Notes: a model not told the origin generated them from the sequence alone. A DNA stretch of 64,000 nucleotides from Eledone cirrhosa (GCA_964016885.1 OZ024742.1:69564001-69628000), one strand, 5' to 3'. Positions 40,620-54,312 are shown, counted from the stretch's first letter. A program made the numbers and translations.

Positions 40620-41652
40620 TTATGTTCTTCTGGTTTTATAATTTCACAAATCTTTTCCCAATAGAGAGAGAGTCGGTTTCTAACATAGACACAAGACTCT
40701 ATCACTGGAATTTACACATCAACTAGGTAGATTATGCATGCATGTATAGATATGGATGTTAGTGTATGTGTGGATGTGTATGTTTTGAGTTGTATGTGTG
40801 CATGTGTATATGCTTTGTATCTGTACATGTGTATATGCAGTTATTTGATGCAAAATTTTTGGAATGTCTTACATATTTTTACTGTTCCATTTTTACTGTG
40901 GATTGTACTTGTAATTTCCTAACTAGTTGTGTTCTTTCTGTTCCTGTGAAGCCCAGCTTCTCAAGACTTGTATTGAGGCAGTTACTAACATATCCCAGTG
41001 CCTCAATAATCACCGGCATAAATCTGAAGGTATATGTAAGGGTGGAGTATCAGCAGATTTATCATTAGTTCTGCATAAATATTCTCCTGTTCGCTAATCT
41101 TTGATATAATATTGGCATCTGCTGGGCAGCTAACTTCCACTACTGTGCCTGCCTTCTTTTCCCTGTCGCATATCATTATATCTGGTCTGTTATGCCTGCA
41201 TTTTATTGGGGTTTTTTACTGGAACATTCCACCAGTACTCTTTCATATTACGTATATGTATGTCTTCCACATTGCTGCAATATTTAATGTGTTTATTATC
41301 GGTGCTATCTTTTCTACGGATTACATTGTTCAGCGTTTTGGCCACTACATCATGCCTCATAGGTAGATAGTACCGCGATGACATCTTTGGACAGCTGCTT
41401 ATGACATGGTGACATCTTCGATGTTAATTCTGCAAAGTCTGCACTTGTTGTCACATCTTTGTTTATCAGGTGTTTCGTGTTGATTTCCTGTTCTTGGATT
41501 GCAAAAGCGTATTCTTCAAATGGGAGCCAATATAGAGATTGTTGATCCAAGATAGACTACTTTTTTTATCTACATTACTCTCACGCTGGAGCTTCCTGGC
41601 AACATATCCATGTATGATTTTTTGCTGATTAGCATGCAGTTTTTCATCCATG
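40620..41652 (-). mobile_element. R4/Dong-like LINE 3' end (restriction-like endonuclease, 3' UTR)
   Basis: AIQEQEINT, YLPMRHDVVAK and EVSCPADANI motifs; duplicated at 44410-45470. Confidence 0.8.
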
Positions 41653-42530
41653 GATTTACTGCGAAACGCCGATGCGCAGGCTATGGTTGTCTAGCTGCGT
41701 GCCAGTGGAGAAGGAGGGCAAGGCATGTAGCCAGGCACCACTGTGGGGTTTAGAGGCTGCACGAAAACAAGCAAGGCGGTGCTGGTCGAGCTGGCGCGTG
41801 AGCCTGTCTGAGGTAAGGCTGCACTGGATGGCAGCCCAAGTGCATTGGGGCGACTTGACGTCAGCAGGGGGAGAAGAAGGAAGGACGTCTACTGATCTAA
41901 ATCCCAGCCGCTCCCACGTCTCACAGCCGGCCTCACGTTCTCTGAACACAAAGGGTTCTGTTGTGATTTGAAGAACCCTGCTGACGAGGACGCGGCACGA
42001 GGTTACCGACGAAAGATACGCCGGCAAAGCTAGTGAGATCGGGGACCGGAGTCAAAGCCGCCATACCTGACAGATAAAGTGGCCTGTTGCCACCCTATGT
42101 CGTCAAACTTGACGTTTCATATCTCCTCGGCTGCTGCTCGGATACATGTATCGAGGTCAGCGAGGATAGATGTCTGGGTGTAGCACGGAGCGCTGCGGTG
42201 TGTATGTAGGAGCTTCGGGATGGCGAAGCAGTACCTCAGCAGAAAGAGAGCTGGGTGGCCGTCAATCAAGCCCAGTCACCTCGTGAGAGTCTGGCGCTGT
42301 TGAAGCTTGGACCTGATGGTGGAGCGGATGGCGGGTGGTTGGATCGGTGATCCGAGGATGAGGACATACTTTTTGGGGTTTACCTGAACCTGACGGAGAA
42401 TGGACCGCACAGCCAAGACGGAGGCTGCAAATCTCGCAGCATCGAGGCTGACATTCACCACCTCCGACTTGGCCGAGTTGACCTGGAGGCCGATTCCCGC
42501 CAGGGTAGGAACCACCGATTGAATGTCATG
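41653..42530 (-). mobile_element. CRE-like LINE fragment
   Basis: GLQVNSAKSE, ILGSPI and SGAWLHALP motifs; GC-rich. Confidence 0.75.
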
Positions 42531-44400
42531 GCAGCTAACTTCCACTACTGTGCATGCCTTCTTTTCCCTGTCCCATATCATAATATTTGGTCTGTTATGC
42601 CTGCATTTTATTGGGGGTTTTACTGGAACATTCCACCAGTACTCTTTCATATTATGTACGTGGATGTCTTCCACATTGTTGTAGCTTTTAATGTGTTTAT
42701 TATCGGGGCTATCTTTTTTACGGACTGCATTGTACAGTGTTTTGGCCACTACATCATGCCTCATAGGTATATAGTACCGCGATGACATCTTTGGGTAGCC
42801 GCTGATGACATGGGTGATATCCTGGTGTTGGAGTCTGCACGTGATATCACATCTAGGTGTTTTTCCTGCATCGCTATCTCTTTTGTGAATCAAGTATTTC
42901 GTGTTTATCTCCTGGATTGCAAAGGCGTATCCTTCAAAGTGGGAGCCAATATAGCGTTTGTTGGTCCAAGATAGACTACTTTCCTTATCCATAGTACTCT
43001 CACTCTGGAGCTTCCTGGCAACATATCCATGCATGATTTTTTGCTGATAGGCATGCAGTTTTTCTTACATGAATTCACTGCGATACTGGGTGTGAGTTTT
43101 TGATTATCACACAGGGAATATCTCTCGAGGAGTTCCTTCCCAACTCTCATGATTTTATCTCTTTCATGCAGATAGACTTGCTCGAGAGACGGGCTCCTAC
43201 GCTTCGAGGTTCGTAGATGTTGTCGGAGGGATATGATGCGACATTCAAATGCTATCTGGACTGATGTTAGGCCTCTGCCTCCCTGCTTACGTTTCAAGTA
43301 AAGGCGGTCTATGTCACTGTTGATGTGGAAGTTTCCGGTGTTGTTTAGTGTTTTTCGAGTTCCAACATCAACTGCTCGGATTTCTTCTATCGTCTAATTG
43401 AGTATTCCAAACGTTGGTGTTAGGACAGGCACAGCAAACACATTGTGAGCTACTGTTTTGTTTTGCGCAGAGAGTTTCGATGACTATATTTTTCTTAATC
43501 GGGTGTAATATTCCCTGGTTACGCGTTCCTTATTACAGATACCATTATAGGATATGTTCTCCTCTATCCCCAGGTATCTGTAGCAGTTCTCGTCAGATAT
43601 CGGTGAAACAGTTAGGCCATTGATGACAATGTTGCTAGATTGGGTTGTTGTTTTTCCCCGCTTTACAGACATGTATGAGCATTTATCTTGGCCAAACTCC
43701 ATTCCTATATCCTTTGAGAACGTTGAAACCCGGTCAAGATTTGTTTTCATCCCATCCATGTTCTTGGCATAGAGTTTCAGATCGTCCACAAAGAAATTAT
43801 GGGTTAGGTTCGTATTTCTGTCCTTCTGTGAGCCAATGATGTATCCCTCACATTTCTTGAGCAGAAAGGACAATGGGTTTAATGACAAGATGAATAATAT
43901 CACAGAGAGACTGTCTCCCTGAAATATACCTCTGCGATATTTTATTTTATCAGTGAAAATAGAGTTCTCCCTTTCTGTCTTTAACCTTAGGATAGTAGCC
44001 CAAGAAGACAGTTTTTCTATAGCTCTGACAATAATGTCAGGGACTTTAGCAAGCTGGAGGGCCTCTATCACCCAAGAGTGAGGAACAGAATCGAAAGCTT
44101 TCCTGTAGTCCAGCCAGACTGTAATCATATTCCTCCTAAGTTGTCGTACCTCCGACATCGCAGTTTTGTTGATTAGGAGTTGTTCAGCACATCCCCAAAC
44201 CCCTTTCTTTCCAGCTGCTTGTTTATCTGTGATGATGTTATTATTTTCACAGTGATCTTGGACGAATAGGTTCAGGCAGGCTGTATACATCTCATACATC
44301 AGGTTCTCGCATGCAATGGGTCAGTAGCTTTTTGCCAAGTGGGTGTCTTTGTTCTTGGGGACCAGTAATGTTTGGGCTAATGTCAACAATTCTGGTATAA
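42530..44400 (-). mobile_element. R4/Dong-like LINE RT/EN fragment
   Basis: WLDYRKAFDSVPH, GIFQGDSLS, FFVDDLKLY, QGGRGL, HNRPNI. Confidence 0.85.
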
Positions 44401-44409
44401 TGTATGTAT

Positions 44410-46115
44410 GTATGTTCTTCTGGTTTTATAATTTCACAAATGTTTGCCAATAGAGAGAGACTCGGTTTCAAACAGAGATACAAGACTCTCTCATTGGAAT
44501 TTAAACCACATCAACTAGGTAGATATGTATGCATGTCTGCATGCCTGCATTTAGGTGTAGATATGGATGTTATTGTATGTGTGGATGTGGATGTTTTGAG
44601 TTGTATGTGTGCATGTGCATACGCTTTGTATCTGTACATGTGTATATGCAGTTATGAGATGTAGAAGTTTTGGAGTTCTTTTACATATTTTTACTGTCCC
44701 ATTAATGGATTGTACTTGTAATTTCCTAACTAGTTGTGTTCTTTCTGTTTCTGTGAAGCCCAGCTTCTTAAGATTTGTATTGAGGCAGTTACTAGCATAT
44801 CCTAGTGCCCCAATAATCACCGGCATAAATCTGAAGGTATATGTAAGGGTGGAGTATCAGCAGATTTATCATTAATTCTGCATAAATATTCTCCTGTTCG
44901 CTAATCTTTGATATTATATTGGCATCTGCTGGGCAGCTAACTTCCACTACTGTGCATGCATTCTTTTCCCTGTCGCATATCATTATATCTGGTCTGTTAT
45001 GCCTGCATTTTATTGGGGTTTTTTACTGGAACATTCCACCAGTACTCTTTCATATTACGTATATGTATGTCTTCCACATTGCTGCAATATTTAATGTGTT
45101 TATTATCGGTGCTATCTTTTCTACGGATTACATTGTTCAGCGTTTTGGCCACTACATCATGCCTCATAGGTAGATAGTACCGCGATGACATCTTTGGACA
45201 GCTGCTTATGACATGGGTGACATCTTCGATGTTAATTCTGCAAAGTCTGCACTTGTTGTCACATCTTTGTTTATCAGGTGTTTCGTGTTGATTTCCTGTT
45301 CTTGGATTGCAAAAGCGTATTCTTCAAATGGGAGCCAATATAGACATTGTTGGTCCAAGATAGACTACTTTCTTTATCTACATTACTCACTCTGGAGCTT
45401 CCTCGCAACATACCCATGCATGATTTTTTGCTGATAAGCATGCAGTTTTTCATCCATGGATTTACTGCGATACTGCTGAGCGACTTCCCTGGGTGTGAGT
45501 TTTTCATTATCACAAAGGGAATATTTTTAAAAGAGTTCCTTCCCAACTCTCATAATCTTATTTGTCTCATGCAGATGGAGTTGCTCGAAAGATGGACTCC
45601 TACGCTTCGAAGTTCGTACATATTGTCGGAGGGATATGATGCGACACTCAAATGCTGTCTGAACCGATGTTAGGCCTCTGCCTCGCTGCTTACGTTTCAA
45701 GTAAAGGCGGTCTATGTCACTGTTGATGTGGAAGTTTCCGGTGCTGTTTAGTATTTTTCGAGTTCCAACATCAACTGCTCAGATTTCGTCTATCGTCCAA
45801 TTGAGTATTCCAAACGGTGGTTTTAGGACAGGCACAGCAAACACATTGTGGGCCACTGTTTTATTGTACGCAGAGAGTTCCGATGACCATATTTTTCTTA
45901 ATTAGGGTGTAGTATTCCTTGGTTACGAGTTCCTTATAACAAATACCATTATAGGATATGTTCTCATCTATCCGCAGGTAACTGTATCAGTCCTCGTCAG
46001 ATATCGCTGAAACATTTAGGCCATTGAGAAAAATGTGCTAGATTGGGTTGTAGTTTTTCCCCGCTCTACAGTCATATATGAACATTTATCTTGGCCAAAC
46101 TTCATTCCTATATCC
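44410..46115 (-). mobile_element. R4/Dong-like LINE 3' half, further copy
   Basis: Near-identical to 40620-41652 and homologous to 43020-43715. Confidence 0.82.
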
Positions 46116-46189
46116 TTTGAAATAGTATTTTGAAATCCTGTGTTCTAGTTGTGTGTGTAAATAGTAGCATTCCTGTGACTTTTTTTTTA

Positions 46190-47355
46190 GATGTTGTCTT
46201 CCACCGGCTCGAGGTGGGAAGGGAACCTGCAACGTCCAAGCCATGCTTAATGACCTCGTTGGGGGAGTATAGCGTGGAATGTGGCCGGCACTGTGGCGAC
46301 AGGAAAGCGGGTGGAGGCCGAAAGAGTCCACGGTGGAACCGCAGCGACATTGGTGTGGCTGGCAGATCCGGAGGCCGAGCGTCAGGGAAACGCCGATGCG
46401 CAGGCTATGGTTGTTTAGCTGCGTTCCAGTGGAGAAGGAGGGCAGGGCATGTAGCCAGGCACCACTGTGGGGTTTAGAGGCTGCACGAAAACAAGCAAGG
46501 CGGAGCTGGTCGAGCTGGCGCGTGAGCCTCTCTGAGGCAAGGCTGCACTGGATGGCAGCCCAACTTCATTGGGGGCACTTGACGTCAGCAGGGGGAGAAG
46601 AAGGAGGGACGTCTACTGATCTAAGTCCCAGCCGCTACCACGTCTCACAGGTGGCCTCACGTTCTCTGAACACAAAGGGTTCTGTTGTGTTTTGAAGAAC
46701 CCTGCTGACGAGGACGCGGCACGAGGTTACCGACGAAAGATACGCCGGCAAAGCTAGTGAGATCGGGGAACGGAGGCCAAGGCCGCCATACCGAGTTGAC
46801 CTGGAGGCCGATTCCCGCCAGGGTAGGAACCACCGATTGAAGGTCATGGCAGACCGTCCGTACGGGCCCGCCCAACGTAGCATCATCCAGATACCAAACG
46901 TTGAAAGGGGCCGTGAAACTCCGGGCGATGTGGTCAATACCCAGGGCGAACAGGAGGGGTCCCAAAGGGTCGCCCTGTTGGACCCCAGTAGCCGAGGGTA
47001 TGACCGTATCAGCAACAAGGAGCATGTTCGGGGCTCCATAAGACAGGTAGGCCAGCGGGTAGGCAGAGGGGGCTCGACTGAGGCATGCCTCGAGCAGATG
47101 ATCCCGGCGTAAAGAGTTGAAGGCATTCCTCATGTCAAGCTTGACAATGAGGTGCGTGGAGTCCCTGGATGCCGGTTCCGATGGGCAGCTGTTGAAGAAC
47201 TGCCTGGTTGCATGAGCGGCCCCCTCACAGCCACCGGACACGCCGAAATCCAGTTGCACCGGACTAAGCTCCTCACCCAGTTCGTGTGTTACGGACTTGC
47301 AGATCACCTGGCAGCTAGACTCCGGAAGACATTGCCCTCTTTCTTACTGAGAGCG
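46190..47355 (-). mobile_element. CRE-like LINE RT fragment
   Basis: GVSGGCEGAAHA, KLDMRNAFNSL, GVQQGDPLGPLLF, WYLDDATL. Confidence 0.82.
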
Positions 47356-48195
47356 GTTGTAACCAGGTCAAGATTTTTCTTCATCCAATTTATGTTCTTG
47401 GCATAGAGTTTCAGATCATCCACAAAGAAATTATGGGTTAAGTTCGTATTTCTGTGCTCCTGTGAGCCAATGATGTATCCTTCACATTTCTTGAGCAGAA
47501 AGGACAAGGGGTTTAATGACAGGATAAATAGTATCACAAAGAGACTGTCTCCTTGAAATATACCTCTGTGATATTCTATTTTATCAGTGAAAATAGAGTC
47601 CTCCTTCTCTGTTTTTAACTTTAAGATAGTAGGCCAAGAAGAAGACAATGCCTCTATGGCTCTGATAATAATGTCTGGTACTTTAACAAGTCGGAGGGCC
47701 TCTATCATCCAAGAGTGGGGATCGAAATCTCTCCTGTAGTCCAGCCAGACTGTAGCCATATTCCAAGTTGTCGCACCTCCGACATCGCAGTTTTGTTAAT
47801 TAGGAGTTGTTCAGCAGACACCCAAACCCCTTTCTTTCCAGCTCCTTCTTCATCTGTAATGATGTTATTATTGTGGATTGGCAGTATCGGTAGAGGGTCG
47901 GACGCCATGTTTTGACGTATAGAGTTACGGCCCTTGCCATTCTGAGTTCAAATCCCGCCGAGGTTAACTTTGCCTTTCATTTTTACGGGGTCGATAAAAT
48001 AAAGTACCAGTAATGCACTGGGTAATTGCTGGCCTTGTGCCAAAAGTAGAAACAATTATTTTCACAGTGGTCTTGGAGGAATACATTCAGGCAGGCTGTA
48101 TACATCTTACACATCAGGTTCTGGCATGCAATGAGTCGGTATTCTTTTGCCAAATGGGTGTCTTTTTTCTTGGGGACCAGTATTGTTTGTGCTAA
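47355..48195 (-). mobile_element. R4/Dong-like RT fragment interrupted by a SINE
   Basis: GIFQGDSL and FFVDDLKLY; homologous to 43725-44380. Confidence 0.82.
47872..48060 (+). mobile_element. SINE inserted into the R4-like RT
   Basis: The uninterrupted paralog reads GATGTTATTATTTTCACAG (about 44235); here TTATT flanks both sides, a probable target-site duplication. Confidence 0.88.
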
Positions 48196-48437
48196 TGTCG
48201 GTAGAGGTCGGTAAGATAACTCCGATAGAATATCAATTTGTTGTACCAGTAGCCGACAATCATGTCTCTTCCTAGTGTTTTATTATCTTGGAGTTTTCCT
48301 ATCACAGTCGCCTATGTATGTATGTACGTATGATTGTATGTATTTCTATAATCACATATCCCTCCATCATTTTTATCTGGCGTTTTTTGCTCTCTCTATA
48401 TATATATACATGTACTATATATATTTTATAAATACAC

Positions 48438-48473
<36 letters not shown>

Positions 48474-48496
48474 AAACCCCCTCACATACACACACA

Positions 48497-48563
<67 letters not shown>

Positions 48564-48611
48564 GGCGTAAAATAAGAAAATTATAAAAATTAACTTACTT
48601 ACTAAAATTTC

Positions 48612-48676
48612 ACTCCAACTAATTAGTTTCTGAAAGGGATGGAAAGCATGGAGAAGCTATTTCGTCATCAGGAAGT
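48612..48676 (-). ncRNA. type I hammerhead ribozyme
   Basis: Minus strand ACTTC-CTGATGA-CGAAA..TTTCA-GAAA-CTAATTAG-TT-GGAGT. Confidence 0.75.
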
Positions 48677-49089
48677 CGTTCTCAGCTAAGATCCCAGGCG
48701 ATGCGTGGACACAGGGAACTTATACAAAAATAATTCAGTGGATGGAAAAAAGCAAGCGTGGACTAAATTCCAAGACATTGATAAAAGAATCAATCATTTG
48801 ACATTGAGGTTAATCAGTGAGGAGTGGGGTTTTAAAAAGACAGTAGCCAAGCTATTACTATGAACTATAGTAGCAGTTTTGGCAAATTTTTGCTCAACAA
48901 AATAATTTGGATATAATTATAAGGAATTAGTATATCTACCAACATATATACACAGATGCATACCTATGCTAGCAAATATATAGGTTTTGTCTTCGTAACT
49001 CTGTGGTTCAATGCAAGGGGATGCAGAACAATTATATGAAAGTCGTAAAATAAGAAAATTATAAAAATTAACTTATTTACTAAAATTTC

Positions 49090-49172
49090 ACTCCAACTAA
49101 TTAGTTTCTGAAAGGGAATAAACATGGTTTTCAAATGGAGAGCATGGAGAAGCCATTTCATCATCAGGAAGT
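49090..49172 (-). ncRNA. type I hammerhead ribozyme
   Basis: Minus strand ACTTC-CTGATGA-TGAAA..TTTCA-GAAA-CTAATTAG-TT-GGAGT, with longer loop II. Confidence 0.8.
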
Positions 49173-49292
49173 CGTTCTCAGCTAAGATCCCAGGCGATCC
49201 TTGCATTGAACCACAAAGTTACGAAGACAAAACCTATATATTTGCTAGCATAGGTATGCATCTGTATATATATATTGGTAGATATACTAATT

Positions 49293-49425
<133 letters not shown>

Positions 49426-49511
49426 TAAAAGGTAAACAGAAATAAGTACACAATCGGCACAGTATATGGAAGGAATATATTAGGTTAACGCTTGAAATAG
49501 CAGGAAGAGCG

Positions 49512-49547
49512 TCTTAACGTTTCGGACGCTAGTCCTTCATCAGAAGA
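49512..49547 (-). ncRNA. minimal type I hammerhead ribozyme
   Basis: Minus strand TCTT-CTGATGA-AGGAC(TAGC)GTCC-GAAA-CG-TT-AAGA. Confidence 0.85.
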
Positions 49548-51282
49548 AAGAATGAGAAATAAGATAGATTGAGGGGACGGGTGGTTTGGATGAAAATAAC
49601 AGGTCCATTCATGTTGACATCTCTTGGAAAACTGTTGGTACTGGCGTTTTGTGTATGATTTATTTTTTTTAGAAAAGTGGATGATGGAGCGTGTCTACTT
49701 GAAATGGAAAAAAAAAACGTTTTGTAAAAAGAGCTATACTTGTGCACGTGCGTAAGCATGTGTGTGTCCGTGTGCGTATGTGTGTTATACGTCAGTACGA
49801 AGCTAAGAATAAATGTGTGTGTATATGTAAGTAAAAGAGTGTGTGTGCATGTAAGTACGAAGCTATGAGCAAAAGTATGTTAATATAAGGGTGTGTATGT
49901 GTGTATACAGAGCAGTGAAGGGAAAAGTGGCGTGTGCATGTTTTGTCGGTCTCTATTAGTTGTAAGAGAAGATGTTTATGATCATGAGAGAGCGATAAGA
50001 ATCTAGGGATGAATGTACACGGGCGTGTGATAATGGACGGGATATTCAAGAAAATGGGGAGGTGAGTTGAGTCCAAGAGGGGAGTAGAATCTGAGGGGGT
50101 GAATCAGACCGGGTGGAGTCGTAGGAGAGGACGAGAAGGAACTGTGTACTAGGAGGTCGCGGAGGTTACGGGTGCGCTTAAATGCGGTAATGGGTGGGTT
50201 AGGAAAATAGCGACAAGTGACGGGGTCAGAAGAGATGGTGCAGAAGGAACGGAGGATATGTCGCCGAAGTGGTAGGGTGATGGGGTGGTAGGTGAGAGGG
50301 AAAGAAAGGCGGGTGTTGGGAGGGTGCTGATGAAGTGAGAGGGCTGTGGTACGGTCGGAGTATGTTTGTTATGTGTGGATTCAAACAAAATTATCAGGTC
50401 GGTAGTGCTTTAAGCTGGTGATAACTTTTAATTTTAGGTTCCACCAGAATTCCTTTGAGCCATCAGTCTCAACATATTCCTCTCTATTTGATTTGATTTT
50501 CTTCTTCCATAATTCCTTCCAGATCGTTATAGCTACAACGTTATGTCTAGTGGGAGTTAATAAGGAGATGTCATTCTTTCACTGATGGCAAAATTGTGTC
50601 TAGCATCTTCAATATTTGTTTTACAAAGGCGACGTTTATTCTCAACTGATGACAATTTTTGTGTAGAATTTATGCACGTATGTATATAATTGTTTATTCA
50701 AATAGCTGTCAATCTATTCATCTCACTCTTATTTAACATAAGTGACGAAAAATAACCACATGAGACTGTCAACACCCGACTATCGGAATGAGGACAGTTA
50801 AAATCCGCTAAATATACGCTCTGGTAGCGTATATTAAAAACATTGTGCTTGAAAAGCTTGTGGTCAGAATTCACGTCGACTTCGGTCATTCGTTCGCACT
50901 TCCGAACCTATTCGCCAGTGTGTATGTGGTTGAGACGACGAGTTCTGCGTGAATCACGCGAGGTGATGGTTGTATAGGCGACAGGAGCTGCTGCCTTTTT
51001 TGTCGCCGCCGCAGCTTTTTGCATTTCTGGGGAGAGATGTTTTCGTCGTATAGATGAAACCACACAGCGGTCACGCGTCCAACTTGCGGTTTTTCTCTTC
51101 AGGAAACAGTTATTCATTTTCATAGTGAAAGAATGACACTTCGCTGGTGACCACCAGTTACTATGGAGGTGCCCCTTACAGGAGATCCGAGGGGGTGACT
51201 ATGCTCCCCGAGAAATATTTAGAGTGCCACAATGACTACATACGAGAACCTCTAATCAACCCCCCCCCCCCACACACACACG

Positions 51283-51321
<39 letters not shown>

Positions 51322-51392
51322 TATTCTGCTCTATGGGTGCATCGAGTGCTCAAACGGCCTACCGCATACGGACGCTTTAAGCATCCTACATC

Positions 51393-51454
<62 letters not shown>

Positions 51455-51494
51455 GATATTAAATAAATGGAAACTACATTTATAAAACCATATC

Positions 51495-51559
51495 TATTTC
51501 ATTATACATATTTCAGGGATACCAAATTAAAATATGGTATGCCTTCATCAGACAAAATA
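51495..51559 (-). ncRNA. type I hammerhead ribozyme
   Basis: Exact reverse complement of 51695-51759. Confidence 0.82.
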
Positions 51560-51694
51560 CAATATATAAACAGTTTTATAAATAATTTTGACGTACCCTA
51601 TTAGATGCAACCATTATTTTTGGAAGCTGTCCAAAAATAATGGTTGCATCTAATAGGGTACGTCAAAATTATTTATAAAACTGTTTATATATTG

Positions 51695-51759
51695 TATTTT
51701 GTCTGATGAAGGCATACCATATTTTAATTTGGTATCCCTGAAATATGTATAATGAAATA
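51695..51759 (+). ncRNA. type I hammerhead ribozyme
   Basis: TATTTTGT-CTGATGA-AGGCATACCA..TGGTATCCCT-GAAA-TATGTA-TA-ATGAAATA. Confidence 0.82.
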
Positions 51760-51797
51760 AATATGGTTTTATAAATATAGTTTCCATTTGTTAATAT

Positions 51798-51868
<71 letters not shown>

Positions 51869-51879
51869 TTCATGGTGTT

Positions 51880-52215
51880 ACTTAACTCATCAGAAGTTGA
51901 TGGCTGCCATGCAAATCAATGCTGCCAAAACTGAGACGCTCGTCCACTCAAGGAAAGGAAGCCTGTGCAGTGCACTCTACATGTGAATGGAGTTCCACTG
52001 AAGCAGGTAGAGATATTCAAGTATCTCAGGGCCGTGTTCACGAGTGATGGAATGCAGGAGGATGAATTAAGTGCACGAATTGCAATAGCTAGTATAGTAA
52101 TGCGCCAGCTTCACCATTCAGTAGTCAAAAGAATGAAGGTAGGCGTAAAAGTGAAACTCACTATCCACAATTCGCTGTTCGTGTCAACACTTAACTACGG
52201 TGAATCATTGACGTA
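51880..52215 (+). mobile_element. RTE-clade LINE fragment
   Basis: LKQVEIFKYL..DELSARIAIAS..STLNYGES; overlaps the homologous segment at 31300-31530. Confidence 0.7.
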
Positions 52216-53246
52216 GAGAAACTAGGATCAATAATAATGACAGGGGAAAGAACCATGTCAAACACACAGACACACAGAACAGATTAGAAAATAACAATGA
52301 CAAAGAGGTGAGGGACAGGAGAAACAACGAAAGACATTGAAACGATCATGAAGCTAATTATATAGGAAATATTTTTTATAGGTATAAGTTTCAGGATTAA
52401 TTAAATGTCTTAATTGTGATGTCCGTTTGTTATTTACGATAATCTACGATAGATCAATACAGTTGATCTGTTAAATGAACCGAAATAATTTATATTTATA
52501 GAAGAGTCAGTGAGTAAGAAATTATTGTTCAGGAAAAGGGAGGCATATGTAGAGACTGAAGATAATAATATGAGACTTTCACGTCTATCGATTCATGATA
52601 ATTGAATTTAAATAATATCTATTCAAAGATTTAAAGATTCAGAACACAATAAGTATATGCCCACATTTCCACATCATTTCTTCATCAGCACTGAACAATA
52701 TTTGAATGTATGCTCTCCACCACTACAGTCATCATCTCTACTACAGTTAAGTGCACTATTGTAGTCAATGTCACAACTACAAACATTAGCGACTATCTAG
52801 CCAAAATCACGAATGAAACCACTAGATCCACAGACATCACAAATCTGGGATCCAATACCACTACAGTTACTACAACCTCCACAGATATCACCCTAACATC
52901 TGTCACCACTCCAACAAAAAATCCATAACAAACACAATTCATAACGGCATCACCACTTCTATATCTTTATCGACACTTGCACTTCCGCTATATCCACAAA
53001 CACTATAACCACTCTAAGGAGAATTGTCCTAACAACATTTAGACCTATTAACTTGATATCAGTCAAAAGAAATAGAAAAGTAATTAACAAACTTTTCAAA
53101 TAAGCACCAGTGCAGCATTCTTGCAAGGCCCCGAATCAATGAATACTAAGGCAACATCTTACTTCCTCTATCATCTCTAGCGTTAATTTTCTTGGTTGCA
53201 GTTCCTCCATTAGCATTGTTCACAACATTCAAATAAAAAAATTATC

Positions 53247-54140
53247 ATGGAGACAATCAAACCTTTATTACATTTCTCGGCACTCAGCGGACATGGATTA
53301 TATCCATCAGGATATCTCACCAGACGCCAAGAAAATTTCTTTAAAGTTTACGAAGCTGGTGTCATACTGGGATGGCTTATAAATCTAGTACGGATATGTA
53401 TTATTACAGACATACAATTTAGAAGAGGGAACCGTATAATCCAGCTATCCATCTTAATTTTCTATCTCTCGTTCACTGTTGAATGTGTTATGCAACACAT
53501 CAACACTATGTTTTGCAGAAAATTGATAGACAAATTCATAACTTACGTTTTTCTGGTGGACCAAGATTATTTCAGGAAATTAAAACGAGCCGTTAAATGT
53601 TTAATTATCTTTTCGTCTTTCATTATAATGTTGAGTGCAATTGCTATCATAGTGACTCTTAAAAGTGAATACACCGAAACTATTATGAAATTATTACTCG
53701 CAACATCAATATGGAGGAATAAAGATGTTGAAATCCTAAACTCTCTGTTAATCATGTGGCTTTGTTTCTCGAGTATATTGTGCAGCATGTTGTTACTTTA
53801 TATCTTCCTGAAAATAATACGTTCAGAGTTGCAGGTTCTCACCCAGCAACTGAAGATGCTAGATGTCAAACGACAAGCAAGTGACATTAATAGCAGACTG
53901 ATTCATCTGCAGAAGAAATACGAAGAGATAATGGAGCTACTGGATCAAGTTAACAAACATTTCTCCAGTTTTTTAGTCATCTGCTTTTTATTTACATTCA
54001 TTAAAGCCTGCATACTGATTTACGTCATATTTCAGAAGGATGTGGACTTGTATGTAAAATCTATTGAATCGTTGACAACAATAGCCGCAATATTATTGAC
54101 AACCGTCATTTTCTACAATGGTATCAGTATACAATTTGCT
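53247..54140 (+). CDS. Gustatory-receptor-like (GRL/7TMIC) protein paralog 2, long first coding exon
   Basis: 298 open codons colinear with 39696-40592, same phase-0 GTATGT donor; about 0.9 kb of upstream DNA is co-duplicated. Confidence 0.75.
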
Positions 54141-54279
54141 GTATGTTCATCTACTTTATATTTATCTCAATATATGTATGTATGTATTTATATATTCACA
54201 TATCTCTCCATCTCTTTAATCTGTACCTTTCTGTCTCTTTTCCCTCTTCCTTTCTCTCTCTCTATCTCTCTCTCTCTAC

Positions 54280-54312
<33 letters not shown>

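Larger units (their letters stand above)
48560..49280 (-). mobile_element. ORF-less pLTR-like element: two tandem HHRs plus internal inverted repeat
   Basis: 48565-48702 is repeated at 49043-49198; 48918-49018 is the inverse of 49199-49299; flanked by (TA)n. Confidence 0.8.
51455..51799. repeat. About 345-bp near-perfect palindrome with an HHR in each arm
   Basis: Arms of about 170 bp around the 5-nt loop AGCTG (51625-51629), flanked by (TA)n. Confidence 0.93.

Noticed and set aside
39537-40664. Full 375-aa ORF (and 395-aa ORF at 53247) as single-exon genes
   Set aside because: Paralog similarity starts at MET(M/I)KP and stops at the shared GT donor; the tails are intron or repeat read-through.
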